From contig OZ243961.1 in the NCBI GenBank assembly GCA_965214605.1, positions 736,001 through 800,000 on the forward strand: a DNA stretch of 64,000 nt, written 5' to 3'. A model generated the notes under the pieces. The model was not told the DNA's origin. It saw nothing but the letters and a program-made list of their open reading frames with translations, and did no database searches. This stretch comes from an uncultured Candidatus Binatia bacterium. GTDB taxonomy: Bacteria > Desulfobacterota > Binatia > Bin18. A program made the translations under genes and the position numbers. Shown here piece after piece: positions 49,829 to 59,858 of this stretch; position 1 is the first letter of the stretch, and each line of letters opens with the position of its first letter.

Positions 49829-50293
49829 TCATATCCCTGGCATAGATAGTAGGAAATGACGGACGGAGAGGCGAAACCCGGTCAGATTCCGTTCGGCCCA
49901 AGGCGGTGTTTCGCTGAACAACACGTCTTTTGCGTAGAGGGTATCTACGTACTCTCGGACCGCCTGAATCTTCCGACCCTCTACATCAAAGCGCACGCGG
50001 CAGTAATTCTCATCAGTCTCTCCTTTGGCAGTTTTGCCCCGCGCAATCCATTCCACCGCAACAGCGTTGTCTTCAGCGATCTGCACCTGGACCGACACGC
50101 TGTTTGGCTTGAAATAGGACTGCGCCCGGCCAAAGCAGTCTTCAAGCACCTCTTTCTTGCCAGTATAGGGACCCGCAACAGGGAGTGACCCAGGGAGCCA
50201 CCGCGTCACATCATCGGCAAAGGCAGCGCTCATGCCGTGCGATACATCGTCGATAAAACCCAGTACGATTTTCTTGCTCTCCTCAGCACTCAG
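49829..50293 (-). pseudogene. Decaying SnoaL/NTF2-like paralog of 31244-31645
   Basis: After an AGGAGG RBS the codon is CTG (LSAEESKKIVLGF versus MSAEENKKLVLGF); internal deletions and an apparently lost stop; VREYVDT motif retained. Confidence 0.65.
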
Positions 50294-50553
50294 AGAACAC
50301 CTCCTGTGTCTGCCGGCGTACACCAATCGTTGGTACGATCATAAGCCGCACCCGCAGCCGCCCCTTCTCTTCACCCTACGCAGCTCCAACATGGGGGATA
50401 CTGGTAAAGAGCTGCACCGAATACGCGGTCAGGCGGGTCTATAGGACAACAGAGGCAGCCAGCTCACGCTTGACCTCATTCCGCTTGTGGGGCATAGCCA
50501 AGCCAGGGGACAGTGTGCGGTTCACTCTCAGCGGGGAAGTAAGGAGGGAGATC

Positions 50554-51294
50554 ATGGATCTGACCGGAAAAACGGCGCTGGTAACGGGTTCAAGCTCGGG
50601 TATAGGACGGGGTATTGCTCTGGCCTTTGCCCAAAAAGGAGCCAACGTCATCATCACTGGTCGCAACCAAGAACGCATCGCCCAGGTCGTGTGCGAGGTT
50701 GAGTCTAGCGGCAGGAGAGCCGTGGGCCTCAGCGCCGACGTCGCCATCTTTGACGAGATTCAGTCCATGGTTGAGCAGGCCCGGGCCGCGCTTGGCCCGA
50801 TCGACATCCTGGTCAATAACGCCGGCGTCTTTGCCACTCGTCCGCTGCATCACATGACGGAGACGGAGTGGGACGAGATGCTGGCCGTTGATCTCAAAAG
50901 TGTCTTCAACTGTACGCGAGCCGTTATTGACGATATGCGCGCCAACAGTTGGGGGCGCATCATCTGTATTACGGGTCTGGTGGGCAATACGGGCTATGCC
51001 AACACCAGCCACGTGGCCGCGGCCAAAGCGGGCGTGCACGGCTTTGTCAGAGCTTTGGCGCGAGAGGTCATCGCCTCAGGGATTACGGTCAACGCGATTA
51101 CGCCGGGTCTGATCGACACGCCGATCCTTGCCGGCATTAGCGAGGCCCAAATGGCGGTCTTCACCCAAGAAATTCCAGCTGGCCGGATTGGCACGGTCGA
51201 GGAGATTGCCGCCGCAACCGTCTATCTCACCTCGGACGCCGCCGCCTATACAACTGGCCAGATTCTGAATATCAGCGGCGGTGGTCTGATATAG
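50554..51294 (+). CDS. SDR oxidoreductase (FabG-like; catalytic Tyr apparently replaced)
   Basis: TGSSSGIG and NNAG motifs; HVAAAK where YxxxK is expected. Confidence 0.88.
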   Translation: MDLTGKTALVTGSSSGIGRGIALAFAQKGANVIITGRNQERIAQVVCEVESSGRRAVGLSADVAIFDEIQSMVEQARAALGPIDILVNNAGVFATRPLHHMTETEWDEMLAVDLKSVFNCTRAVIDDMRANSWGRIICITGLVGNTGYANTSHVAAAKAGVHGFVRALAREVIASGITVNAITPGLIDTPILAGISEAQMAVFTQEIPAGRIGTVEEIAAATVYLTSDAAAYTTGQILNISGGGLI

Positions 51295-51330
51295 GCAATG
51301 ACGAACGCCGCAGAATAAAGGGGAACGTCT

Positions 51331-52323
51331 ATGAGTCGCATCGGAGTTGCTTTTGCTGGAGGCATGTCGCCACCAGACATTGTTGCGTGTGTCAAACTCG
51401 CCGAAGAGCTGGGCTATGAATCGGCCTGGATCGCTGAAGGGCACGGTGGGGACCAGTTTTCGATCTTGTCGGCGTGTGCGGTGCAAACAGAGCGGATTCT
51501 GCTAGGCACCAGCATCAGCAGTGTTTTTGTTCGTAGTGCACCGACGATTGCCATGGCGGCGGCTAGCGTCGATCATTTCTCCCAGGGACGTCTGCTCCTG
51601 GGGCTCGGTTCCAGCCATAAGGTCCAGGTTGAGCCGGAGCACGGCATCCCGTATGGCAAACCGGTCCAGCGCGTACGCGAGACAGTAGAGGTGATCCGTA
51701 GCTTGCTGCGCGACGGACAGGTCGCCTATCAAGGCCAAGAGATCAAGATCGACAGCTTTGATCTGTGGTTTGAGCCGCTTCGGCGCGAGATCCCAATCTA
51801 TCTGTCGGCTGTCTTTCCGCGAATGTTGGAGACCTGCGGCGAAATGGCCCAGGGTACGCTCCTGGTCTGGAGTACTCTGGGGTCCGGCCAGCAGGCTGCC
51901 GAACACGTTGCCGCTGGGGCACGCCGGGCCGGCCGTGACCCGGCCGAGGTTGATATTGGGTCGCTGTTGTCGTGTAGTGTCTCTGAGGACCGTCGAGAAG
52001 CGATTGACCGGGTGCGGCCAGCGGTCGCCTTTTATACCGGGTTTTTCCCGCGTTACAACCGGCTGATGGCCGAAAGCGGCTTCCCCGAAGCGGCTCAAAC
52101 CATTCGCCAGGCCTGGCTCAAGGGCGACCGTGAGGGCGCAGCTCGGCTTGTCCCGGATGACATGGTCCAGACCCTGAGCATTGTCGGTTCGGCGGCGGAC
52201 AGCCGACGGCGGCTTGAGGCGTATCGAGAGTCGGGTATCCAGCTGCCGGTTATCTTTCCGGTTGGCGGTAGACCGGACGGGAAAGAAAAGGTTATTGAGG
52301 CGATTCGGGCGTGCGCGCCGTGA
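51331..52323 (+). CDS. LLM-class oxidoreductase
   Basis: GYESAWIAE, TERILLGTSI and GRLLLGLGSSH motifs. Confidence 0.9.
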   Translation: MSRIGVAFAGGMSPPDIVACVKLAEELGYESAWIAEGHGGDQFSILSACAVQTERILLGTSISSVFVRSAPTIAMAAASVDHFSQGRLLLGLGSSHKVQVEPEHGIPYGKPVQRVRETVEVIRSLLRDGQVAYQGQEIKIDSFDLWFEPLRREIPIYLSAVFPRMLETCGEMAQGTLLVWSTLGSGQQAAEHVAAGARRAGRDPAEVDIGSLLSCSVSEDRREAIDRVRPAVAFYTGFFPRYNRLMAESGFPEAAQTIRQAWLKGDREGAARLVPDDMVQTLSIVGSAADSRRRLEAYRESGIQLPVIFPVGGRPDGKEKVIEAIRACAP

Positions 52324-52369
52324 TGACCCCAAGCTCTCCTCCTTCCATCCCCTCGGGCACAGGTCACAC

Positions 52370-52831
52370 TCAATACGTCCCTTTGGGCAGTTTGCTGTGA
52401 TCCCAACTCGAGGTTTTGACCGGGGTGATTTTGAGAACCGCCCGTTTTTTGGCCCGTGCTTTGATGACCGCGTTATCCGGAGCGGCGGGCTCTTCGCCCC
52501 GAAAACGACGAATCTCGCGCATCACGTTCCAGACCTCTTCGGGTTCATCAATAACCTCACAGTTACCGCGTATCATGAGCCCTTTGAGGTGGTCATAGGC
52601 TTCGCCAGACTCAATCATGACTGTCACCTTGGGATTGCGACGGGCGTTGACCACCTTTTGGGCCTTCCGAAAGGTGGTCATATAGATACAGCCGTCTTTG
52701 ACCATATAGGACATGGCAACGGCGTGGGGATAACCGTTTTTGTCAATAGTACACAGCGTCATCGTTCTCGCTTCGACTAGATAGGCCTGCTGTTCTTCCG
52801 GGGTGAGCTGGATTTGGCTCTGTCTATTCAT
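52370..52831 (-). CDS. PPOX-class (split beta-barrel) putative F420-binding protein
   Basis: GYPHAVAM, KAQKVVNARRNPKV and SWDHSKL motifs. Confidence 0.85.
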   Translation of the reverse strand: MNRQSQIQLTPEEQQAYLVEARTMTLCTIDKNGYPHAVAMSYMVKDGCIYMTTFRKAQKVVNARRNPKVTVMIESGEAYDHLKGLMIRGNCEVIDEPEEVWNVMREIRRFRGEEPAAPDNAVIKARAKKRAVLKITPVKTSSWDHSKLPKGTY

Positions 52832-52842
52832 TGCTCCCCTCC

Positions 52843-53592
52843 CTACTGGGCAAACCAGCCACCGTCAATAACGAGTTCCGCACCAGTGGTAAAGGCTGCC
52901 TCCTCCGAACACAGATAGAGCGAACCGTAAGCGATCTCCTCGGGCCTGCCAAGACGACCCATGGGGGTCGCGGCTTTGATCTGGGCATCCTGCTCTGGGG
53001 TGAGATCGCCCAGAATTGGCGTATCGATCTGGCCTGGGTGAATCGAATTGACCCGAATGCCCTGTTTGACATACTCCAGGGCGGCCGACTTGGTCATCAG
53101 GCGCACGGCCCCTTTTGTCGCGTGGTAGGTGATTGAGCCTGGGCTGCCAATCAGACCGTAGAGCGAAGAGATGTTGACAATCGCCCCACCACCCGCTTCA
53201 CGCATAGCTGGAACCGCGGCCTTCATCCCTAGCCACACGCCGGTCTGATTGACCGCAATCATATTATTCCAGCCCTCAAGCGTTTCCTCTTCGGTCCCCC
53301 GTGGCCAGTAGATACCGGCGTTGTTAATCAGCGTGGTGAGCTTGCCAAAACGGGAAACCGCTTCGTGAACAGCGCGCGCCCAGTCTGCGTGTCGGGCCAC
53401 ATCTAAGCCGACAAAGACCGCCTCCCCACCGCTGTTGTTCACCGCCTCAACCACGGCCCGCCCCTTGTCCTCCTGGAGATCACCGGCAACGATCTTGGCC
53501 CCTTCAGCGGCGAAGACCCGGACATGGGCCGCTCCAATACCGCTCGCTCCGCCCGAGATCAGGGCCACTTTTCCGTCCAGACGTCCTGCCAT
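52843..53592 (-). CDS. SDR oxidoreductase (3alpha,20beta-HSD / cyclopentanol dehydrogenase-like)
   Basis: SGGASGIG, NNAG, YHATKGAV and RVNSIHPG motifs. Confidence 0.92.
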   Translation of the reverse strand: MAGRLDGKVALISGGASGIGAAHVRVFAAEGAKIVAGDLQEDKGRAVVEAVNNSGGEAVFVGLDVARHADWARAVHEAVSRFGKLTTLINNAGIYWPRGTEEETLEGWNNMIAVNQTGVWLGMKAAVPAMREAGGGAIVNISSLYGLIGSPGSITYHATKGAVRLMTKSAALEYVKQGIRVNSIHPGQIDTPILGDLTPEQDAQIKAATPMGRLGRPEEIAYGSLYLCSEEAAFTTGAELVIDGGWFAQ

Positions 53593-53700
53593 AGTCGCCT
53601 CCTGTGTTTTTTCGTATCAGTATCCCAGGCGGTCTAGACACGCAAGGAATTGCGCCGATACTAGGGCAGGTGGTAAGGAAGCGTATACGGAGGAGGCAGC

Positions 53701-54867
53701 ATGGATTTCCAACGCAACGAAGAACATGAAGAAATTCGTCAACAGGTGCGTGCCCTGTGCTCTCGCTTTCCAGATGAATATTGGCGCGAGCGGGATGAAA
53801 CAGGCGAGTTTCCTTGGGACTTTTATCAGGCGATTGCCGACGGGGGCTGGCTCGGAGTGACGATTCCGCCCGAATATGGGGGGAGCGGTTTGGGCATCAC
53901 CGAAGCCGCACTTGTCATGCAGACGGTTGCCGAGTGTGGGGGTGGTACACAGGCCTGCTCGGCGATTCACCTAGGTATCTTCGGTCTGGAACCGCTCATT
54001 AAGTACGGGACTGAGGAAGCCAAAAAGAAATACCTGTCCCCCATCTTAAGCGGTGAGCTGCATGTGTCTTTTGCCGTCACCGAACCGGACGCGGGAACCA
54101 ATACGACCCAGATTAGTACCTTTGCCAAGCGCAAGGGCGACGGCTATGTGGTCAACGGCCAAAAAGTCTTTATCACCAAGGCCCGCGAATCCAAAAAAAT
54201 GTTGCTGCTAACGCGCACGACCGCCTATGAAGAAGCTCCCAAAAAAACCCTGGGGATGAGCCTCTTTTTTGCCGATATCGACCCCCAGGCGGTTGAGGTC
54301 AATGAGCTGCATAAATGCGGGCGCAAAGCTGTTGATACCAACACGCTGTTCATCGACAATCTGTACGTCGCCAAGGAAGACCTGATCGGCGAAGAGGGCC
54401 GAGGCTTTTACTACATCCTAGACGGCATTAATCCTGAGCGGATTCTTGTTGCCGCCGAGTGTATCGGCATGGGCAAGCGGGCGATCCAAAAGAGCGTACA
54501 GTACGCCAAAGAGCGGATCGTGTTTGGACGTCCGATCGGTATGAATCAGGGAATTCAGTTCCCCCTAGCCGAGTCGTTCGCCAAGCTGGAGACCGCCGAC
54601 CTGATGGTCCAAAAAGCGGCCTGGCTGTACGACCACGACCAGCCGTGCGGCAAAGAGGCCAATATCGCCAAATATATGGCGGCCGAGGCGGCGTGTGAGG
54701 CGGCCGACCGGTCCATGCAAGCTCATGGCGGCTATGGCTACATCAAAGAGTACGACGTCGAGCGCTATTGGCGCGAGGCGCGTCTGTTCCGCATAGCGCC
54801 GATCTCCCAGGAGATGGTCCTCAATTATGTTGGCGAGCATGTCTTGGGCTTACCCAAGTCGTATTAG
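53701..54867 (+). CDS. Acyl-CoA dehydrogenase
   Basis: FAVTEPDAGT, NPERI, HGGYGY and APISQEM motifs. Confidence 0.95.
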   Translation: MDFQRNEEHEEIRQQVRALCSRFPDEYWRERDETGEFPWDFYQAIADGGWLGVTIPPEYGGSGLGITEAALVMQTVAECGGGTQACSAIHLGIFGLEPLIKYGTEEAKKKYLSPILSGELHVSFAVTEPDAGTNTTQISTFAKRKGDGYVVNGQKVFITKARESKKMLLLTRTTAYEEAPKKTLGMSLFFADIDPQAVEVNELHKCGRKAVDTNTLFIDNLYVAKEDLIGEEGRGFYYILDGINPERILVAAECIGMGKRAIQKSVQYAKERIVFGRPIGMNQGIQFPLAESFAKLETADLMVQKAAWLYDHDQPCGKEANIAKYMAAEAACEAADRSMQAHGGYGYIKEYDVERYWREARLFRIAPISQEMVLNYVGEHVLGLPKSY

Positions 54868-54888
54868 CTTCGGCCGAGCGCAGGCGTT

Positions 54889-55907
54889 ATGAAAATCGGC
54901 CATATGCCAAGCCCCCACGGTGGCCCGTATGAACAACCGGAGGAGCCATCCCCCCAGGCCACCGTAGCCTTCTGTGGTCAGCTACTGAATGAGGGCATTG
55001 AGGTAGAAAAGGCAGGCTGCGACAGCGTCTTCCTCCCCGAGCGCCACCACCGGACAGGAACCATATTTGCGCCCCCGCTGACCATGCTGGCGGGCTATGC
55101 CACGCGCACCAAGCGGGTCGACCTGGGGACCTTTGTCCTCCGGCCGCCATACTATAATCGGCTGCCCCTAGCCGAGGACGTGGCCATGAGCGCTCTCATG
55201 TCCAAAGGGCGACTCAGCGTCGGTCTGGGCCATCACCCGAGCTCTTTCCATCTGTCCAACGTTCCCTGTACGCGGCACTTTTCACGCTTTGAGGAGAGCC
55301 AGGAGCTCCTGCGTCAAGCCCGGACAAGCCCCCAGCCGTTCTCGTATCACGGCAAGCGCTTTCAGTTCGACAACACCATACCGACCCCCAAACCCTACCG
55401 GCCGGGCGGACCTCCGCGGTGGGGTGGGGCGGCTTATACGGGGGCTATTGAGCAGGCGGGCGAGCCAGGTGACGGGTGGGACACTTTACTGTTCTGGGGT
55501 CCGGTGACTAAGCTCCGAGAACGGGCTCGGCTGGACCGGGAGAGCACCGCTGCCTACCAGCGCCAGCCCAAGGGAGTGTTCATGCAGGATGGCTGGGTTG
55601 CGCCGAGCCGTCGGGAAGCCGAAGATGTTTTTGGACCCCTGTGGGTCCAAGAGATATTTTCCATATTCTCGCTGGAATCTGCTGTCTCCAAACGAAGAGT
55701 TCCAATCAGAGGCGGCTTTCACGATTGACAAGCTGAGGAGTGACGGGTTCGTCCCAGGAGTGTATTGAGCAGATCGAGATGTGCTGGACGGAGGGGGGTA
55801 AGTACTTGAGCGCACGCTTTTGTTTGCCCTTGGGACCTAACCCGGAGCGGGCGCTAGAGTGCATACGACGACTCGGGGCGGAGGTTATGCCGCATTTCAA
55901 GCCTTAG
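54889..55907 (+). pseudogene. Degraded LLM-class oxidoreductase
   Basis: PERH and LAED motifs in the ORF to 55728; the C-terminus (GSSQECIEQI...RLGAEVMPHF*) continues in shifted frames to a TAG at 55907. Confidence 0.8.
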
Positions 55908-55929
55908 GACCGCTGCAGAGAGAGATGCC

Positions 55930-56547
55930 ATGCCTACAGACACACCGCTCAGCCCCCTTATCCTGGCCTCTGCCTCACCGCGCCGCCGCGAGTTGCTGCA
56001 GCAGGTCGGGCTCCGGTTTCGCGTTGTTCCCAGCCATGCCACAGAAGAGGTTCGGCCGGGGGAAACTCCCCGGGAGTATGTCCTGCGGACGGCTCAAGAA
56101 AAAGCGCAAGCCGTTGCCCGTCGCTACCCGACGGCCTGGATTCTGGCCGCTGATACAATCGTCGAGATCGACGGCCACATCTTGGGCAAACCCTGCGATG
56201 AAGCCGCCGGCAGGCGGATGTTACGGCTGCTTTCGGGACGCCGCCATCGGGTAATGACCGCTTTTGTCGTCCTGCATACCGAGCAACAGGTCGGGCGGCT
56301 AATAACCAGCACGGTGAGCTTCAAAACCTTGTCTGAATCGCAGATTAGTGCCTACCTGGCAACCGGCGAATCAAAAGACAAAGCTGGCGCGTACGCGGTT
56401 CAGGGCCAGGGTCGGGCACTTGTCGCAGAACTGGACGGTTCATACACAAATGTAGTTGGACTGCCTATGGATGAGGTCCTAGCCTGTTTACAGGACCTGG
56501 GGATCTATAATCCCGGGTCACTTCGGCCCGACCTAGAGAATGACTAG
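55930..56547 (+). CDS. maf: Maf family nucleotide pyrophosphatase
   Basis: LILASASPRRRELL, AADTIV, DKAGAY and NVVGLP motifs. Confidence 0.95.
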   Translation: MPTDTPLSPLILASASPRRRELLQQVGLRFRVVPSHATEEVRPGETPREYVLRTAQEKAQAVARRYPTAWILAADTIVEIDGHILGKPCDEAAGRRMLRLLSGRRHRVMTAFVVLHTEQQVGRLITSTVSFKTLSESQISAYLATGESKDKAGAYAVQGQGRALVAELDGSYTNVVGLPMDEVLACLQDLGIYNPGSLRPDLEND

Positions 56548-56549
56548 TC

Positions 56550-57248
56550 ATGACGGACAGGGCTGACATCGATATCGCGGCAAACTATGCTCGGGTGAGC
56601 GAGCAGGTTGCCCAGGCCGCACTACGCTGCGGCCGCCGCCCGGAAGAGATTACGATTGTGTGCGCCGCCAAGACCACAGGACCGCAGGCCGTCCAGGCGG
56701 TTCTGGCCGCCGGCGCAACGACGATAGGCGAGAATTATGTCCAGGAGGCGCAGCGCAAAAAGGCGGAGGTCTCGGCTTACGGCCAGTGGCACCTGATCGG
56801 TCATCTGCAACGCAATAAAGCCAAGACCAGCGTGTCGCTATTCACCCTCATCCACTCGCTTGACGGCATTGCCTTGGCCCGTGAGCTGGACCGTCAGGCC
56901 AAAAAACAGAACCGGACCGTGCGGACCCTTATCGAGGTCAAGCTAGGTGACGAGCCCACTAAAACGGGCCTGGTCGAAGACGACCTAGGACCCTTGTTAG
57001 AAACAGTCCAAACTCTCTCGTCCCTCCGTGTTGAAGGCTTGATGACGATTCCGCCGCCGGATCAACCCGCGCGTCAATATTTTCGCCAGCTGGCCCGTTT
57101 GCGGCAAGAATACGGCGCAATGAAGGCGTCCAATATCAGTCTGCGCGAACTCTCAATGGGGATGACCGACGACTACACACTGGCCATTGAAGAGGGCGCG
57201 ACCCTCGTGCGGATAGGCCGGGCGATATTTGGCGAGCGGCGGTCATAA
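56550..57248 (+). CDS. yggS: PLP homeostasis protein YggS
   Basis: GENYVQE, WHLIGHLQRNK, LSMGM and VRIGRAIFG motifs. Confidence 0.95.
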   Translation: MTDRADIDIAANYARVSEQVAQAALRCGRRPEEITIVCAAKTTGPQAVQAVLAAGATTIGENYVQEAQRKKAEVSAYGQWHLIGHLQRNKAKTSVSLFTLIHSLDGIALARELDRQAKKQNRTVRTLIEVKLGDEPTKTGLVEDDLGPLLETVQTLSSLRVEGLMTIPPPDQPARQYFRQLARLRQEYGAMKASNISLRELSMGMTDDYTLAIEEGATLVRIGRAIFGERRS

Positions 57249-57267
57249 AGAAAAGAGGGCAGGAACG

Positions 57268-58077
57268 ATGAGCAAGATTGGATTTATCGGTGCGGGGAAT
57301 ATGGCTGGGGCACTGATCAAAGGACTCCTGGAGGCAAAACTCTACCGCGCTCAGGACATGCTGGTCAGCGATACTCTGCCGGCCCAACTCCGCAAGGTCA
57401 AACACGCCTATGGGGTGGAGGGCGTGCAGGACAATAGGCAGCTGGTGCAAACCACCCACACCGTTATCCTCGCCGTCAAACCCCAGATCCTGGATCAGAT
57501 CTTAGCCGAGATCCACCCCTGCGTCACAACACAGCAGCTGTTTATCTCGATTGCCGCCGGGGTCCCCCTGGCCCGTCTGGAAAGCGGTCTGGGAGACGCC
57601 GCCCGGGTCATTCGGGTTATGCCCAACACCCCGGCCCTATTGGCAAAAGGTATGGCGGTGGTGACACGCGGGAAAAAAGCCACGGCTGAAGATGAGAAGC
57701 TGGCCCTGAGCCTGTTTCGTGGGGTGGGCGAGGTCACGAGCGTCAAAGATGAGGCTCTGATGGACGCCGTGACCGGTCTGAGCGGCAGCGGTCCAGCCTA
57801 TGTGTATTTGTTTGCCGAAGCCCTCATTGCCGGGGGCACTACGGTCGGTCTGACGTCCAAGCTCGCCACCCAGCTCGCGCTACAAACCCTCACCGGGGCA
57901 GCCGCGATGCTCCAGGAATCGGGTCACAGTCCACAACAGCTCCGCGAGATGGTGTCCTCTCCGGGTGGCACCACCCTGGCCGGGCTGGCCCAGCTGGACA
58001 AGGGCAAATTTACTCGCACCGTGGTTGCCGGTATTGAGGCCGCCACCCGTCGCTCGCGAGAATTGGGCAAATCGTAA
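57268..58077 (+). CDS. proC: Pyrroline-5-carboxylate reductase
   Basis: GFIGAGNM, RVMPNTP, SGSGPAY and VSSPGGTT motifs. Confidence 0.96.
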   Translation: MSKIGFIGAGNMAGALIKGLLEAKLYRAQDMLVSDTLPAQLRKVKHAYGVEGVQDNRQLVQTTHTVILAVKPQILDQILAEIHPCVTTQQLFISIAAGVPLARLESGLGDAARVIRVMPNTPALLAKGMAVVTRGKKATAEDEKLALSLFRGVGEVTSVKDEALMDAVTGLSGSGPAYVYLFAEALIAGGTTVGLTSKLATQLALQTLTGAAAMLQESGHSPQQLREMVSSPGGTTLAGLAQLDKGKFTRTVVAGIEAATRRSRELGKS

Positions 58078-58118
58078 AACGAGCACAGCAGACGCGCTGG
58101 AGAGGAGAAGCCAAAACT

Positions 58119-58424
58119 ATGTTTGTTATTAGCAACCTGCTGTCATCAATTGCGTCCGTGCTCAACATGGTGCTGTCGCTGTATATGTGGATTATCATCA
58201 TCCGGGCTATCCTGTCGTGGGTCAGCCCGGACCCGTATAACCCGATTGTTCGGTTTCTGCACGCCGCGACCGATCCGGTCTTGGATAAAGTTCGACAGTT
58301 GGTGCCCTTCCCCACCGTGTATGGTGGTATTGATCTGACGCCTATATTGGTGTTTGTCATCATTATTTTTCTCCAGTCATTCCTGGTCCAGACCCTTTTT
58401 GATCTGTCCCGGAACATGGGCTGA
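58119..58424 (+). CDS. yggT: YggT family membrane protein
   Basis: LSWVSPDPYNPIV...TDP and GGIDLTP motifs. Confidence 0.95.
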   Translation: MFVISNLLSSIASVLNMVLSLYMWIIIIRAILSWVSPDPYNPIVRFLHAATDPVLDKVRQLVPFPTVYGGIDLTPILVFVIIIFLQSFLVQTLFDLSRNMG

Positions 58425-58432
58425 GGTGTGCC

Positions 58433-58735
58433 GTGTCTTTGCCCCGGCAGTTCATCCCGGCCGGGGTGGGCGTCGAGGTTCAGGGCCGCGCGTCGAAAAA
58501 CCGCCTGCTCGGCCGACATGGCCAGCGCCGAAAAACCGCCCTCACTGCTCCGCCGGTTGACGGCGCGGCCAACGCCATGCTGGGTCCCCTTTCCGGCCGA
58601 GTTGCTCGACAACGGCCGCAAAGCGCGGTCAGCCTCCGATTCGGCGCCAAGAGGCGCACCAAACAGCCGCTCATTCAGACCTCAGTGCCAACCCGCATCG
58701 GCCGCCGACGCTACGCCCTGCTGGGCCAGACTTGA
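58433..58735 (+). pseudogene. yggU: Degenerate DUF167/YggU protein
   Basis: VQGRAS and TAPPVDGAAN motifs retained, but many expected hydrophobic core residues are replaced; weak start. Confidence 0.6.
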
Positions 58736-58760
58736 CAACAAAAAGCGGGATGATTAGCGT
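58732..58760 (+). promoter_or_regulatory. Putative sigma70 promoter
   Basis: TTGACA-N17-TAGCGT upstream of the FmdB-family gene and the tRNA. Confidence 0.55.
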
Positions 58761-58801
58761 TGCGGGCAGGCGCCTGAGCTTTGAGTGGAGGATGATACGC
58801 T

Positions 58802-59104
58802 ATGCCGATTTATGAATACGCCTGCAAAAAATGCGGCGAATTTGAAGTCACCCAGCGCATTACTGAAGACCCCCTCGAGAAGTGTCCGAGCTGCGGCCGA
58901 AAAGTCACAAAGTTAATCTCCCACTCGGCTTTTCACCTCAAAGGCAGCGGTTGGTATGCGACCGACTACGACAAGAACGGCTCAGGCAAGTCGGACAAGT
59001 CGGATTCGGGCGACACCAAAGAAACCAAGACCACCAGCGAGAAAAAAGACACCTCAAGCTCAGCCTCCTCGTCAAGCAGCTCAAGCAAATCCGCCTCGGC
59101 CTAG
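58802..59104 (+). CDS. FmdB family zinc-ribbon protein
   Basis: MPIYEYAC..C, CPSCG and F.LKGSGWY.TDY motifs; Ser-rich tail. Confidence 0.93.
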   Translation: MPIYEYACKKCGEFEVTQRITEDPLEKCPSCGRKVTKLISHSAFHLKGSGWYATDYDKNGSGKSDKSDSGDTKETKTTSEKKDTSSSASSSSSSSKSASA

Positions 59105-59172
59105 GGCTCTCCCCCAGGAGCGCCCCTGGGTTACAGTTTTTGGTGGGGCGTGATAGGTAAGGTTTTTGATGG

Positions 59173-59246
59173 GGTCGCATAGCTCAGCTGGTTAGAGCGC
59201 TTGCCTCACATGCAAGAGGTCCGGTGTTCGAGTCACCGTGCGACCA
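59173..59246 (+). tRNA. tRNA-Val (anticodon CAC); CCA not encoded
   Basis: GGTCGCA/TGCGACC acceptor stem, GCTC/GAGC D arm, CTTGC-CT-CAC-AT-GCAAG anticodon arm, CGGTG-TTCGAGT-CACCG T arm. Confidence 0.97.
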
Positions 59247-59251
59247 TGTCC

Positions 59252-59277
59252 AAGCCCGCCACTCGGCGGGCTTTTTT
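59252..59277 (+). terminator. Intrinsic terminator after tRNA-Val
   Basis: AAGCCCGCC-ACTC-GGCGGGCTT hairpin followed by a T run. Confidence 0.88.
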
Positions 59278-59426
59278 CGCGTCCACCCACATCGGGGGGA
59301 GGCGCTCGGCCGACCTTTCTTGTACGAGCCAACGGCCCAAAAGACGCTTTACGCGGTGAGAGTAAGTATGTTAGAGGTGAAAGAGTCGAGCTGGCTTAGG
59401 CTGGAGATTGAGGAGAGGCTTCGGTT

Positions 59427-59858
59427 ATGACAGGCAAAAGCTTCGGGTACGTGATTAAAGACCGACGTCGCGAGCTATTGTTCACCCAGGAAATGGTCGC
59501 CAAAAAAGTTGGTGTTAAGGCAAATTATATCGGCTATCTGGAACGCGGCATGCGTCACCCTAGTCAAAAAGTCGTTGAAAAACTCTCGACTGCCCTCAAG
59601 CTCAACACCCAGGAGCTGTACCTCTTGGCCAACCCCAAGGTCCGCAGTCTGCTGAGGAGAGCCAAACCGGTCATCCCCACCATGTCGATATGGCAGCAGT
59701 TCATCCGCGATACTGCCCAACAGCAGAAGCAGGGTCTGAGCAAGGCCGAACAACAGGCACTCGCCCAGCTCGTTGCTGTCGAGCGAGCGACCTCGTTGAC
59801 AGGGACGATGAGAGCTGTCGGAGCCCTGCGCAAAGGGTTCGCCAAGAAAACCCGTTAG
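59427..59858 (+). CDS. XRE-family HTH transcriptional regulator
   Basis: TQEMVAKKVGVKANYIGYLERGMRHPS motif. Confidence 0.85.
   Translation: MTGKSFGYVIKDRRRELLFTQEMVAKKVGVKANYIGYLERGMRHPSQKVVEKLSTALKLNTQELYLLANPKVRSLLRRAKPVIPTMSIWQQFIRDTAQQQKQGLSKAEQQALAQLVAVERATSLTGTMRAVGALRKGFAKKTR

Noticed and set aside
59173-59858. Integrated element at tRNA-Val (XRE gene next to it)
   Set aside because: No integrase and no duplicated tRNA 3' end in the window; a terminator follows the tRNA directly.
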